Positions 37,434 to 49,018 of a stretch of 64,000 bases of DNA are shown in pieces. The position numbers were made by a program, and so were the translations under genes. Numbering within the stretch: position 1 is the first letter of the stretch; each line of letters starts with the position of its first letter. A model generated the notes under the pieces. The model saw only the letters and a program-made list of their open reading frames with translations. It did not search any database and had not been told where the DNA came from. Source of the stretch: Lama glama. Lineage: Eukaryota. The stretch is from positions 14,136,001 to 14,200,000 of the forward strand of contig CM052839.1 in NCBI GenBank assembly GCA_028534125.1, written 5' to 3'.

Positions 37434-39271
37434 CTGGCCATCAACATATCATCAGAGACCTCTGAAAGGTCAGCCCTTCGCTGCCTGGGTCACCGGTGCT
37501 TTGACCTTTACCCGTCCCAAGGGCCAGCTGCCAGGAACGACTTGCCCGCTGCTCCCTGGAGCATGTGTTTCTGCTGTTGCACCAGGATTTATCTTAGGTT
37601 TTGACAATTTCTGTGATAAACGAAATGAGACTGAACTTTGCATCCTCTGGCCTGGGGACAGGACCGAGTGAGGGACCCATGTGAGTAGCCGCAGCTGCTG
37701 GACGATCAGACCCAACTTTGGTCCCATTGCAGGAATTCTCTTACCAGGAGAGAAAAATAAGAACTGGTCCCAGCCCCTTTGTCAGGCTCGCCTCCCTCCT
37801 CTGCCTCAGCCGAACACCCGCAGATGGTTTACGTGGCGTTTCCAGCAAGATGAGAAGAAGCATTCTTTTGGGGCTGGTTCTTTATAATCAAAACGAGTCT
37901 ATATCTTTTAGCTTGAAAACCCAGAGTCCCCGTAACTGAATGGAGAGCGCTGACCCCGAGGACAAGTCGTTGGGCCTTTGAGCCCTTGCCGGTACCATCA
38001 GAGGGGGAGCGGGTGTCAGGTTACTGGGTTCCGCGGCTGCACCGAACTTGGAATGAGGCTTCACTGCTTTCCTGTTCCCTCTGTGGCCCCGCCGAAGTGC
38101 AGTCGCAGTTTCTCCCCCAGGTCTGGGCGATCCCCTGTCCCCGTGCTGTGGGGGCAGACTGCCAGTGGGGGGTGGCCCTTGGGCCGGCTGGCCTGTCCAT
38201 TTGCTGGCTCCGAAGGGTCACAAATAGCCCTGTTAGGAGGCTGCTGGGTCGGTGGCTGCAGACAGCCTCTGCTGGGCGTGACCCCTGCAGGGAGTCACCT
38301 CGCCTGGGAGTGGACACCTCGAAGCAGAGGGCTGTTCAGAGAACCAAGAGAGCAGGGGCTGGAGGCCAGGCCACCTCACCACGGGCAGAAGCTCAGGAGG
38401 CCGCCTGGCACGTCCACCGCTGCTGGGTTCCAGGTGCTTGCTCGGCCCTCAGCCTGTCTCCTCTGTACTGGACCGTGCTTTGAGCCATTCTGCCTGGGGG
38501 CCTGGCCCTCCCCGCCCCTCCCACCCTGGCTGCCCTCCTCCTCCAATTTCTGCACCTGCCCTGGGGTGGGGAGCAGCGGCTCTGGCTCTGGTTAAGGGCC
38601 CCCGGCACAGGGCCCAGCCCGCTGCACACGTGGGTTCATCTGAGGCCGCCTCTCACCCTTGTGGGTGTTTTTTCTCCTTCAGTGGGTGAAGAAAGAGCCT
38701 TTGGGTGCCAAGGGTGCAAAAGTTGACGATACATCCTTTCTGTAAAAATTACAGCAGTGAGGTTTCTTGTGTGCAGCCTGGAGGCTGTGGCTCACATTTT
38801 GAGCAGCAGTTACACCTGGGGAGCGTGATGTCACTGCTTGCACACACAGGCTGTTTGGATGTGTGAGTTCTGGGGTGTTGTGTACGAAACAAGTGTTACT
38901 TGTCCGTGGTTGCGTCCAGTGAAACAAGGCCACTTGCAGCCTGTGCAGAGGCCATGTGTTTCACTGCTTGCGTGTCAGTGGAAGTGTGGGCTGTGTGAAG
39001 CTTTTGTTAGAAGGGTGGTGATGGTGCCCCTCTCGCGAGCCGCACAGTTGGGGTGGGGCAGGTTTGGAATTCATCTAAGACATCAGTGCCCTGTCCGAAC
39101 CCCGCCTGAGCTCACAGCTGGGCCATGTCTGCCAATGCCCAGGCTTCTGAAATCAGACGTTGGTGCCACCAACTCAGCTGTGTGATCCCAGCCAAGGACC
39201 CAACCTTTCTGAGCCTCCTTGCTTCTTTCTAAATGTGGGAGAGACTAGTGCCTACCTTAGAGGCACTTAAA

Positions 39272-40335
39272 ATTTGTTTATAAATTGTGTTATAATACGC
39301 GTAACAAAACCTGCCGCCTTCACCATTTTGGGTGTTAATACAGTCACATTGTCATGCAGCCATTCTCTAGACCTTTTTCATCTTGCGAAACTGAAACTGT
39401 CCTCCTTAGGCAAAAAATCCCTGGCAGCCATGATTGTCCTTCCTCTCTATGAACTGACTACTTCGGAAAGCTCAGATAAGTGGAGTCATGCAGCGCTTGT
39501 CTTTCTGTGTCTGGCTTATTTCACTCAGTGTCATGTCCTCAAGGTTCACTCTTGTTGTAGCAGGTGTCAGAATCCCTGTCCTTTTCAAGGCCGAGTAATA
39601 TTCCACGGCACGTGCGCACCACAGTGTGCATCTGCTCACCTGGGGGTGGACGCTTGGGCTGCTTCCACCTTCTGGCTAGCGACAGTGGTGCTGCTGTGAA
39701 CGTGGGTGTGAGAATCTCCCTGAGATCCCACTTTCAGCTCTTGGGTATGTACCCAAGAGTAGAGTTGCTCGATCGTATGACTGTTCTCTTGTTAACTTTT
39801 TGAGGACACTGTCCTATTTCCCGCGAGGGCTGCCTCATCTCACATCCCCACCAAGCGTGCACGAGGGCTCCAGGTTCCCCGCAGCCTTGCCAGCACTTGC
39901 CACTTTCTGGTTCTTTGACAGCAGCCGTCCTCGTGGGTGGGAGGTGCTGTCTCACTGGTTGGATCTGCACTTCCCTAATGATTAGTGACACTCAGCGTTT
40001 CTGCTGTGGGCGTGTTGGCCTTTTGTGCACCTTTTGGAGGAACGTCTGTTCAGGGCTTTCGCCCCGTTCAGGTGGGGTTTGCCGTCGGATGGTGAGGGCT
40101 CTTGCTTTGCTGGGAAGGCTGCTGACTCCTCATCCCTTCACAGACGTCCTCTGACTCTGCAGGCTGCCGTCTTGCTGTTGACTGTGTCCTTTGATGCAGA
40201 GGAGGTGTAGCCCTTCCGCAGCCCAGTCTGCTGTTGTTTTCTGGTGTGGCCTGGGTCCTCAGTGTCACAGCCATGAAGCCACGGCCACACCCAGTGTCAC
40301 AACGCTCTCCCCTTGTGTTCTATTCTGAGAGCTCC
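39272..40335 (-). mobile_element. L1MB-type element, 3' UTR plus ORF2 C-terminal part
   Basis: Antisense L1 blocks. ORF 39734..39991(-) retains SLIIREVQI...KCWQGCGE...LGYIPK, a relic of the ORF2 C-terminus. Confidence 0.88.
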
Positions 40336-40532
40336 AGCTCTTGGGAGTTGGGACAGGGTCACGCAGGCCCCTGCCCCCACTGTGTCCTGTCCCAGAGCGA
40401 GTCGCCCCGCGCTGCTGCTGGCACTGCCCACCTGCTTGCGGGGAGGATACGGTGGGTCTGGTCCCTCCGGCCCCCTGCCAGGGCCCCTTGCTCCAGGAGA
40501 AATGTCAACCAGTTTCCTTTCTGAATTCACAG

Positions 40533-40617
40533 AAAAGGCCACAGATGGCTCCCTGCAGAGCGAGGACTGGACGCTGAACATGGAGATCTGCGACATCATC
40601 AACGAGACGGAAGAAGG
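40533..40617 (+). CDS. TOM1L2: TOM1L2 exon 2 ((E)[27 protein letters not shown](G)), VHS
   Basis: ttcacag| acceptor, |gtgcgt donor; 85 nt, phase 1-2; VHS motif. Confidence 0.97.
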
Positions 40618-43600
40618 GTGCGTGGGCCCCCCACCCCACCCCAGGGCGGGTCAGCTCCCGCACTCACCGCCCACCGGGCCTGCGGGGCTCGGGCTACATG
40701 CCGTGTTCCATTTCTAGTCTGTTTGCTTCAGCGTTGATGAGCCAAGACCCTGCATTCTCTGTCCTCTTCCGTCCACCTCCCTGCCCAGCTCCCCAAAGGC
40801 GCTGCTTGACGTAGAGCAGTGACCACCTCTTTGAATAACCTGCTTTTAATCACAAGTGAAAATGAGGCTGCTAGGTTACTCGGCCCCCAGTGGTCATCTG
40901 TCTCTGCAGCCAGACCCCGCCACCTCCTGCCCCTTTGCAGACCTGGGGCTGCGTCTGCCCTGCTGGACGGGAGGGGGCCCAGGGTGAGGGGGCCCATGGG
41001 AGTGGGGAGTAGGGAGGTGAGCGTTAACCCCCAGCCACCCCTGCATCCCTGCGCTGCCGGGTCTGTATCCTCTGCTGCACCACCGCGACGTGGCATTTAC
41101 GTTGCTTCCACACTGGCCACTGTTTGATGCTCTGTCCACACCACCCTCTCTTAAACCACCTCCAGATGGGGGCAGCCCTGGCCTTGCCCCGTGGCGCTGT
41201 GTTGACCAGCCTGGCCGTGTGTAAACTGGGGACCTGCCTCTGCAGGCTGGTTCTGCTTTCATGCAGCGAGTCCTTACTGGGTGCCTGTCTCGGGCCAGGC
41301 CCCTGCCCGAGACGGCGCAGTGACCAGGAGCTGACGGTCCAGAGTGGGGAGGTGGCCCCTAAACAGGACACTTAGAACACATCTGGGGCAGCAGGTGACC
41401 ACACTGTGGGGGGCTGAGCTGGGTGGGCACCTGTAAACCGCCATCAGGGAAGGCCTCGCTCAGGTGGGCCCAGGACAGGACGTGAAGGTGGTGGGGCTGA
41501 AGTGTGACGGTGCTGCCCGGAGGACTTCCCAGCACGGGTCCTGGGACAGAGCAGGGAGGTTGAGGGACACACGTCCTTCCACGGGGAGGAGCCTCTCACG
41601 GTGGCCGGGCTCCTGCCCTTCCCCGTGGAGGGTCCCGGCCTGCGCTGTCACTCCCGCCCGTGATCTCTGTGCGGCCGGGAATCTGCTTTGTTCAGTTTGT
41701 TGCACTCCCAGCACCGGGACGGTTCTTGACAGACACCTGTTGGGTGGGTGAGTACGCGGATGCGGCCTGGGGAGCTGTCTGAGGAGCAGGACAGGCAGGT
41801 GAAGGTGGGCACAACCCTGTGCAGCAAGTGCTCCATGAGGGCCGGGTGCAGCTCGGGAGAGCTGGGCGCAGGGCTTCCTGGAAGAGGTGACATCCAGGTG
41901 GAGGCCTGCAGCCCATGTGGGCTTGGCCAGGCGAGGAGAGTGGACAGGCTGGACAGTGGGATCAGGGGCCTGGCACCACCAGCCTGGGTGACCCTGTGTG
42001 GGTCTGCCTCCCGCGCCTGTCCCCTCATTTATAAAACGAGCCCCAACGGCAGGTTGCTCGTGTCACGAATGCCCTTGCCCTGCTGCCCCCTGAGCCCCTG
42101 CTGAGCCCTGGGCTCCACCCTCAAGCCAAGGGGCAGCCGTTTTAATGTGGGGGAAACTGAGGCTCCGAGTGGTTTGGTCACTGGCCGAAGGTCTCAGTGC
42201 AGTCAGGAGGGGCCAAGGCAGGAGGCTAGCCTGGCTGACCGGGGCCCAGCCGCCAAGCTGTGTCTGCCCTTCAGTTGTTTCGAGTGTCGTGTCTGGGAGG
42301 CCGTGGTCCTGCGGGCTGTCCCGAATACCCAGGGCTCAGCTTGCCTCCAGCCGGGCCCCTGTGTGGCTGTTGCTCGTGTCCTGGGTCCTTGTCATGAACT
42401 GAAGTGCCTGGCTGAGCAACAGGGCCAGTAACAGGGCCTCACCCAGGCCTACGTAATTAGGGCCCAGGCATTTGGTACGTGGATTTGGTAAACGCTCCCC
42501 AGTTGATTCTGAGGAGGCTCTGGTGAGGGTCCCCACCTGGTCACTTTTAGGACCACCTGGGACCTTCCCCAGCTCCCTGAATCCTTGTGCCCCAGCCTCC
42601 AAGCTGCGGGGGCCCAGAGGAGTAGCCCCAGGTAGATGTAGTGGAGCAGGGTGACCGCTGTGGGGGGCAGGGAGGTGTTCAGGGTGGCGGAGGGGGCACA
42701 GCCGTGCCCTCCCTGGGTGGCGGGTGCAGTTCTGGATCCGAAAGACTAGGCGGTTCAGTAGCACTGGAAAGAAGGTCTCTTCTAAGTGTGGGGTCTGAGG
42801 AGGCTTTGAGGAGGCTGGAGATGGCCCAGGGGCCGGATCGGAGGCCCCGACCTTTCCTCCAGGAGCTGCCGGGCTAACTTCTCCCGCTCCGTCTCTCCTC
42901 TCCAGTGTCCCCAACCCTCCTCCTGTCTGATCTGCTGCTCAAAACTTTGTGCTTCTCCAGCAGAACGTTGGCCTCCTCTCTGCAGCCTCTCCCCCGGGGA
43001 GGGAGAGGAACACTTGCTCTGTGCTCCCCCAGTCACTCTCAGGCAGCAGCTCCTCAGGGGGAGGGGTTCATTCTCACTCCACCCAGGAGCCCGCTGGCTC
43101 CGGTTCCCTCCACCGCCATCACCCCCCACCCTGGAGAGCCCTGAGCGCCCTGCCCTGTCCGTGATCGCAGCCCCTGGAACCCTTCCCATTCTTCTGCTCT
43201 GTGGAAGTTCAAGAGTAGAGGGATGAGCTGGGACTGAGGGATGGCAGCCTCGGGTCAGGAGAGAGAGAAGAATTCAAGCCGTGCTCCCCCGGCCTGCAGC
43301 TGCTGACTTTCACCGGCTCAAGTCCCCGGAGTCCTCAGCCAAGAGCTTGTCAAGTCCCGCATTTGCAGGACTCAGCCTCCCTGTTCGGAGATCAGGGACC
43401 CGCGCCCCGTCAGCCCTTCCCCTCGGGAGCCAGGGATTCCTGCCAGGCAGCCCTGCTTCAGGTCGGGGGTGGGAAGTAGGTGGCCCGGGCCTTAAGTTTC
43501 CTCCGGGAGCCTCGCCTTGCTGCCACGAGTCTCTGTCTGAGTTGGGCTGGTCAGCGGCGCCTCTCCCCTCCCCTCCTGCACCTTCCTCACACACTCTGGG

Positions 43601-44624
43601 AAGGGACTTCGTTGTCTGGTAAATAGATAGTAACTATTTGAGAACTGCAGCAGCAGGAGGCCCCTGACGTACGAACCTTCAGCTTTGGAAAGACCCAGCT
43701 CATACTCACGCTGATGTGTCGGTTGTGGGAAGGCTGGAGCCCCCCCTGTGGAGGCAAAGAGCGGGCCCCCAGAGGGGTGACGGGTCGGCAGGGCAGGGGC
43801 TTCATGCCAGAGGTCGCTCCTGGCCCCACAACTTTGTTGACTCCCAGCTTAGAAGTAATTAAATAAGATGTTAGACACAAGGGCTGCACCTAACAGGCGC
43901 CCTTATTGGGCTGGCGGGGACCCACCCTCACAGCGGTACCTGGGCTTCAGGAAGAGCCGTCCCGCGAGCCGAGCAGGCAGCTGGTGAAGCGCAGCCTGTT
44001 CTCTCCATTACCTCAGAACACCCAGCTCCTTAGGTTTTGAGGGGACTTACTCAGGCTTCTCAGGGAGAAAGGGGTTCCAGGAGCCGGGCAGGCTGACCTC
44101 CAGGCCTGGCCGCTCGCTCCTTTCCCTGCAGCGAGCCCAGCCTGGGGCGCGCTAGCGCTGTTTTGAGTGAGTGGTGCCTGCGGGTGCTGCAGAATTCAAA
44201 GGGCTGCAAAAGGCGATGCAGTGGACAGCCGCCCTGCTCCCGGGCCGCCCGGCGCCCTGCCTGGGGACCACAGTCTCCTCCCGGGCTGCCCGGCGCCCTG
44301 CCCTGGGGCCGCAGTGACCTGCTGTCTGCCGCGGTCTTTGTGTGGCTCTGCCCGGCTCTGCAGACGCTGCCCACTATGTCTCAGATGCCCGAGGAGTGCC
44401 TTTGTTCTTTCCTGCAGCCGCGCAGTGTCCTGCTGTGTGGTGGACGTGGTTTACTTTGACCTGGTTCACGTGGACGGACGTTGGGTCTGTTTCCAGCCTC
44501 TCGTACCTGCAGACGAGCTGCGGCAGATACCTGTGCCGGGCTGGCTGACATGGATGGGCGTGACTCGGTAGGAAGGGGCCCCAAAGTGGGATTTGCAAGG
44601 ATCGTAATCCGTCCTCTCCTCCAG

Positions 44625-44703
44625 GCCAAAGGATGCCATCCGAGCCCTGAAGAAGCGGCTCAACGGGAACCGGAACTACCGAGAAGTGATGCTGGCGCTG
44701 ACC
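44625..44703 (+). CDS. TOM1L2: TOM1L2 exon 3 ([26 protein letters not shown]), VHS
   Basis: cctctcctccag| acceptor, |gtgagt donor; 79 nt, phase 2-0. Confidence 0.97.
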
Positions 44704-45804
44704 GTGAGTGCTGCCCACAGCCGGCGGGAGGGCGTCTGGGAGGCACAGCCCGGGCAGCACGGCTGGCGGGTGGCTGGGTGTGTGCGCTGCTGGAGGCTGG
44801 CGGTGCCTTCTGCTGGTGCCCTGGGCTGGTCCACCCTCTGAAACGGGGGCCTTCACCTGGTAAATACCTCCAGCAGAAGATGAGGTGTGGGCAGCCTTGC
44901 CCAGGACAGAAGCCCAGGGCAGAGAAGCCTCAGGCCTGGGTGTGGGCCCCTTGCGGCCCCCAGCCTGCCATGAGGCACCAAGGCCGCCGCTTCCTTCTGA
45001 CGAAAACGCTGACTCCCACCAAGTACCTGCCCAGGTGCTAACTCAGGTGCTCCCACTAACCTTCCAGAACAGGTTCCTCATCCCCTTTGGCAGATGAAGA
45101 AACTGGCTCAGAGGGGCCCAGAGGGTTGCCCAGACCTCACAGTTCCTGGGGTGCCAGACTGGATTGTGGGGTCAAAACTGAACGTCACCACGCAGGTTCT
45201 TGGGAAGTCAGCCAAGCTCCTCCTTTCGGGAAGGAACAGGCCAGATTTTTGCCCTTCCTTAAAAAGTCAGAAAATGAAGACAGACAGCTTCAGGTGTTAT
45301 TTCTGTCTTGGAAGCGAACATCTTTTCAGATGTGGCGAAAACCGGGCTGCAGTGAGCTCCTGCCATAGAAGCTTGAACAGGCCAGCAGGTGGACTGATCT
45401 GTCGGCTTGGAGAGTGAACGACTTATCCAAAGCAGCTGTAACTTGCTCCTTTTAAAGCGGAGAAGCCATTTGGGTTTTTCCCCCAAGTGTAAACCCAAGA
45501 CTAATAGGGGAGCTCTCTGCCGGGGGGTTGGGTTTGAATAAGACCAGCTGAGGAGCAGGGGTAGAAGACTTCTGTTTTTCCCTCAGAATTTGAACCGCAG
45601 CTTTCACTCGGCCCAGAGTGATGCCCAGAATGGACTGTTTTCAGTCACTGTCATCACCAGGCAGTGAACTCTGAACACTCCGGCGGTTTTCCTGGTCTCT
45701 GAACCGCATCCAACTTCGCGGTAACCGCGCCGGGTGGAGACCTCTCTGGAGGGGCTCTGCCTTTGGCACCGCACAGCCCGTGCTGGTGGCCGGGTCCTAA
45801 TTGT

Positions 45805-46780
45805 ATGGTTATAGTGATGAGCAGTGACGCTGAGCAGCTCTTCCTGGACCTGTTGGCCACATGTGTGCTTCGTTGGAGAAATATCTGTTTAAGTCCTTTG
45901 CCCGCTTTTAAACCAGACGCTTTGTGTTCTTGCTGTTGAGTTGTATGAGTTCCTAGTGTATTTGGGATGCTAACCGCCCGTCAGACAGATGGTTTGCAAA
46001 TGCTCCCTCCCGTTCCGTAGGTTGTCTTTTTATTCTGCCGACTGTTTCCTGTGCTGTGCAGAAGCTTTTTAGTTCAACGGAGCCCCACTTGTGCGTGTTT
46101 TTATCGCTGGTGCGTTGGGTGTCACATACAGAAAACCGCTGCCAAGACCCAAGTCAGGGAGCCTTTCCCTACATTTTCTTCTAGGGGTTTGACAGTTTCA
46201 GGTCTTACCTTTAAGTCCTTCATCCATTTCGAGTTCATTTTTGTGAGAGCTGTCAGAGAGGGGCCAGCTTCATTCTTCTGCGTGTGAATGTCTAGTTTTC
46301 CCAACATCACTTAGTGAAGAGACTGTCTTCCTCCACTGCGTAGTCTGGGCTCCCTTGGCAAATGTTGGTTGACCATATGTGTGAGGTTTTATTTCTGGGC
46401 CCTCAGTTCTGTTCCCCTGGTCTGTTTGTCTGTTTTTATGTCACCGGCACACTGTTTTGATTCCTATAACTTTGTAATATAGTTTGAAATCAGAACGTGT
46501 GCTGCTTCCAGCTTTGTTTCTCTTTCTCAGGATTGTTTTGGCTGTTCAGGGCCGTTTATAGTTTCTTACGAGTTTCAGGATTTTTTTTCTGTTTCTGTGA
46601 AGTCTGTGGATGGCTTTGGGTACTGTGGACATTTTAACAGTATTAATCCTTCTGACCCAAGAATGTGGGATTCCTTTCCATTTACTTTTGTCTTCTTTAA
46701 TTTCTTCTATCAACGTCTGGTAATTTTCAGAGCACAGATCTTTCATCTTGGTTAGATTTATTCCTAAGTATATGTTTATT
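45805..46780 (-). mobile_element. L1 ORF2 fragment
   Basis: Relic peptides [26 protein letters not shown] and [37 protein letters not shown]. Confidence 0.92.
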
Positions 46781-48494
46781 TCAACGTGGTCAGGTCTTTG
46801 CTGCAAATCCCACGATGCCTTTGGGAGACCCGTGAGACGTGCAGACCCGTTCTTCCCCCACCGCAGGCCCAGCCTGGCACTCGTGGGCGCATGTCTGCTG
46901 GCACCGCTCTTCCGCCTGGGTCTTCATTCTCCCTGTCAGTTGATCTCAGTGCCCCCGCTTCCGGTGGGGCTTTCCTGACTCCGCATCTGTCCCCACCAAG
47001 ACTGCCTAGGTTTCCCCAGAGAGGAGCTGCTCGAGGCTCTGAGGGGCTGTCTGCTCAGGCTTTCCTGTATTTCTGATTGCTTGGAGGCGCCCCTTGACTA
47101 CTCCACGAGCATGACTCCATTCCGGAAAATTCCCACCACGTCCCAGGTCCTGCAGCCCCGGGGCAGAGCTGCCTTTTCCCCCGAGCAGCCTGCAGTGGGC
47201 CTTGCCAGCTGGGGGGGCTTTGCATCTCTGGCTCTGCTGGCTCTGTGGCCCCACTAACGGTCCGGGGTGTTTCAGGGACCACGTGAGGCAACAGGAATCG
47301 AGCAAAGGTTGCCTGTCAGAGGAGGAGGAGGGCGGGCCCTGTGCCTGGTGCAGCTCCGAGGAGGCCCCCTCCTATTTCTGGTCCAACCAGCACTTGTACA
47401 GACACCAGTTTCTCCAGCTTTCCAAGCCTCTTAACTCTAAAAAAACGGGATGACAACCTCCACTTAAAGAGAATTCATGAGTGTTGAGGATGGAGTGAAA
47501 TCACATGCAATGTGAAAGAGTCTCTCCTGGGTCAGCCGTGAGGTCGCCTTCAGTTGCGTCACCGTTAGGGACTTGTGTGGCCCTGCTTTGCCCAGGTAGA
47601 GCCCCGTCGTCTGACCCCAGCCCCGAGGAATGGCTCCCCAGGTCACCAGCGGTCAGCTAGTTTGGGCAGAGGATACGTGGAGCCGTCAGCAGTGTCCCTT
47701 TGCTGGTGACGTCGTTCCCCGGAGGCAGTCCCCACTAGGGGACGTGGCATTGGCGGTGCCAGCCTGGGGCTGGATTTGCAGAGAGCCGCCCGCGAGGCCC
47801 GAGGCTCCCTCCAGTGGTCCCCCTGGATCCCAGGACCCCCACCCTCCGCACCGGGCTGTGAGGACAGCAGGCCTGTGTTGCAGACACACTCTCACCCTGA
47901 CTGCAGTCCTGCCTCGGGGCACAGGCCCCACTTTCAGCCGGAGAAGCTGGCTCAGACAGACGGCCCTGGGCCCTTCAGGCAGAAAGCAGTGGGCCTGAGC
48001 TGCAAGTCCATGCCGGCCGGCCGGCCAGGACCCACAAGCGCCTCACTTTCCTGTGTGGCTGAGGCCTATGTAACTTACTTTTCCAGGGAAGGGAGGAGGG
48101 GCAGGGTCTGAATTGAACGTGGGCCTTCAAGGCGCACCGACCACACCGGGGTGAGGATCCTTGGCCTGCTGCTGTGGATGCAGCAGCAGGTGTGGGGGCC
48201 ATGGGGTGTGAGTGTGTGTTTGCTCCCTCATGTAGGGAGGCCTGGCCAGGACTTAAACGCTCATGTTGGCCCCACTGAAGCACCAGCCTCCTCCTTGTGC
48301 AGAGCTGGTACCCCAGTCAGCAAGGAGCCACCGTCTTCCTGGATGAGGCCATGTGGGGACGCCTGTGCCCTCTGGGTCTGACTCCGGAGGAGACATCGGA
48401 ATGGCCTCCAGGAAGAGGAGGGGGTGCCGAGAACCAGCTGCTCCTGGGAGGGACTCCCCGGTGCTGACCCCTCTCTCCGTTCCTCCCGCGTCAG

Positions 48495-48644
48495 GTGCTG
48501 GAGACGTGCGTGAAGAACTGTGGCCACCGCTTCCACGTCCTCGTGGCCAACCGAGATTTCATCGAAAGCGTTCTGGTCAAGACCATCTCCCCCAAGAACA
48601 ACCCCCCCACCATCGTACAGGACAAGGTGCTCGCCCTCATCCAG
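48495..48644 (+). CDS. TOM1L2: TOM1L2 exon 4 ([50 protein letters not shown]), VHS
   Basis: gtcag| acceptor, |gtaggt donor; 150 nt, phase 0-0; [12 protein letters not shown] signature. Confidence 0.98.
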
Positions 48645-48775
48645 GTAGGTGGCTCGGCCGCGTCCCGCGCGGAGGCTGCTCAGGTGTGGCCTCCTCTCAG
48701 AGGGTCCTCGCGCTTTCCCATCATTTGGAGGAAAGAACGGAGGCTTCTGGGTTTAAATCCCTGTTGAGACATTCT

Positions 48776-49018
48776 TTTTTTTTTAAACATTTTTTTTATT
48801 GAGTTATAGTCAGTTTACAATGTTGGGTCAAATTCCAGTGTCGGGCACAATTTTTCAGTTACACATGAACATACAGACGTTCGTTGCCACGTTCTTTTTC
48901 GCTGTGAGCTACCACCAGATCTCGTATGTATTTCCCTGTGCTACACAGTATAATCTTGTTTGTCTATTCTGCATACGCCTGTCAGTACCTACAAATTTTG
49001 AACTCCCAGTCTGTCCCC
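48776..49018 (-). mobile_element. Young camelid L1 3' fragment with perfect TSD
   Basis: Poly-T head and L1 3' UTR. TSD GAGACATTCT at 48766-48775 and 49019-49028. Confidence 0.88.
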
